Assembly: GCA_965228895.1 (NCBI GenBank)
Contig: OZ245842.1
Span: forward strand, 800,001-864,000
Direction: 5' to 3'
Source: Alphaproteobacteria bacterium
GTDB taxonomy: Bacteria > Pseudomonadota > Alphaproteobacteria > SP197
Length of the DNA: 64,000 nt
Program-made: the position numbers and the translations under genes
The notes under the pieces: model-generated
The model's input: the letters and a program-made list of their open reading frames with translations, nothing else
The model's database searches: none
Told to the model about the DNA's origin: nothing
Shown: one piece after another, positions 63,662 through 64,000 of the stretch
How positions within the stretch are numbered: the first letter of the stretch is position 1
Layout of the letters: every line of letters starts with the position of its first letter

Positions 63662-64000
63662 TTAGGTCAGCAGACCTCTGAACTCATTGAAGACCTGCCG
63701 ATAGACATCGCGCTTGAACGCGATGATTTGCTCGGCCAGATCGTCCGCGCGCATCCATGACCAGCCGCCGAATTCGGGATGGTCAACGCCCTGGACGTCG
63801 ATGTCGTCGTCAGTGCCGGCGAACCGCATGGCGAACCATTTCTGCGTCTGCCCGCGGTAGCGGCCCTTCAACGCCTTGCCGATGAGTTCGTCGGGCAGGT
63901 CATAGGTTAGCCAGTCGGCGGTCTCGGCGACGATGTCGCCCTTGTTGGTGCCGATTTCCTCGGCCAGCTCGCGCAACGCGGCATCGCGCGGCGTCTCGCC
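63662..64000 (-). CDS. rppH: RNA pyrophosphohydrolase, 3' part (5' end outside the window)
   Basis: Nudix box GETPRDAALRELAEEIG, WLTYDLP, YRGQTQKWF, HPEF. Confidence 0.93.
   Translation of the reverse strand, partial: GETPRDAALRELAEEIGTNKGDIVAETADWLTYDLPDELIGKALKGRYRGQTQKWFAMRFAGTDDDIDVQGVDHPEFGGWSWMRADDLAEQIIAFKRDVYRQVFNEFRGLLT

Overview
High-GC (~63-65%) alphaproteobacterial chromosome segment, Rhodospirillales-like by gene order. It is mostly conserved housekeeping blocks: ftsY-mtaB-dapF, ffh-rpsP-rimM-trmD-rplS-leuCD-leuB-asd, mcl2-mch-sdhCDAB, mmsA-mdh-sucCDAB-lpdA, xerC-DUF484-fsa, priA, atpHAGDC and rppH. No rRNA, tRNA, CRISPR array or transposase was seen. Between sdhB and mmsA lies a ~9 kb accessory insert. 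It carries a class III cyclase, an arsR-arsI-arsC-aqpS arsenic module and a minus-strand cassette (32.3-37.9 kb). In that cassette a signal-less lysozyme-like protein is translationally coupled to a tandem array of secreted, disulfide-rich DxDGDG-repeat paralogues (4 intact, 1 truncated, 1 remnant), which looks like a cell-wall toxin plus poly-immunity locus. A second notable system is unannotated in the ORF track: a complete ribosome-dependent attenuator upstream of asd (promoter, leader peptide with an M-T-K-T-T-T-K-T run, pause hairpin, antiterminator, terminator) whose regulatory codons match the aspartate-pathway end products. Other items include twin 64-bp palindromic elements with compensatory changes, a 24-bp perfect inverted repeat, a Ser-His-Asn ClpP, and two stand-alone Cache proteins inside the TCA cluster. 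All calls come from reading the sequence and recalling family motifs; no searches were run.
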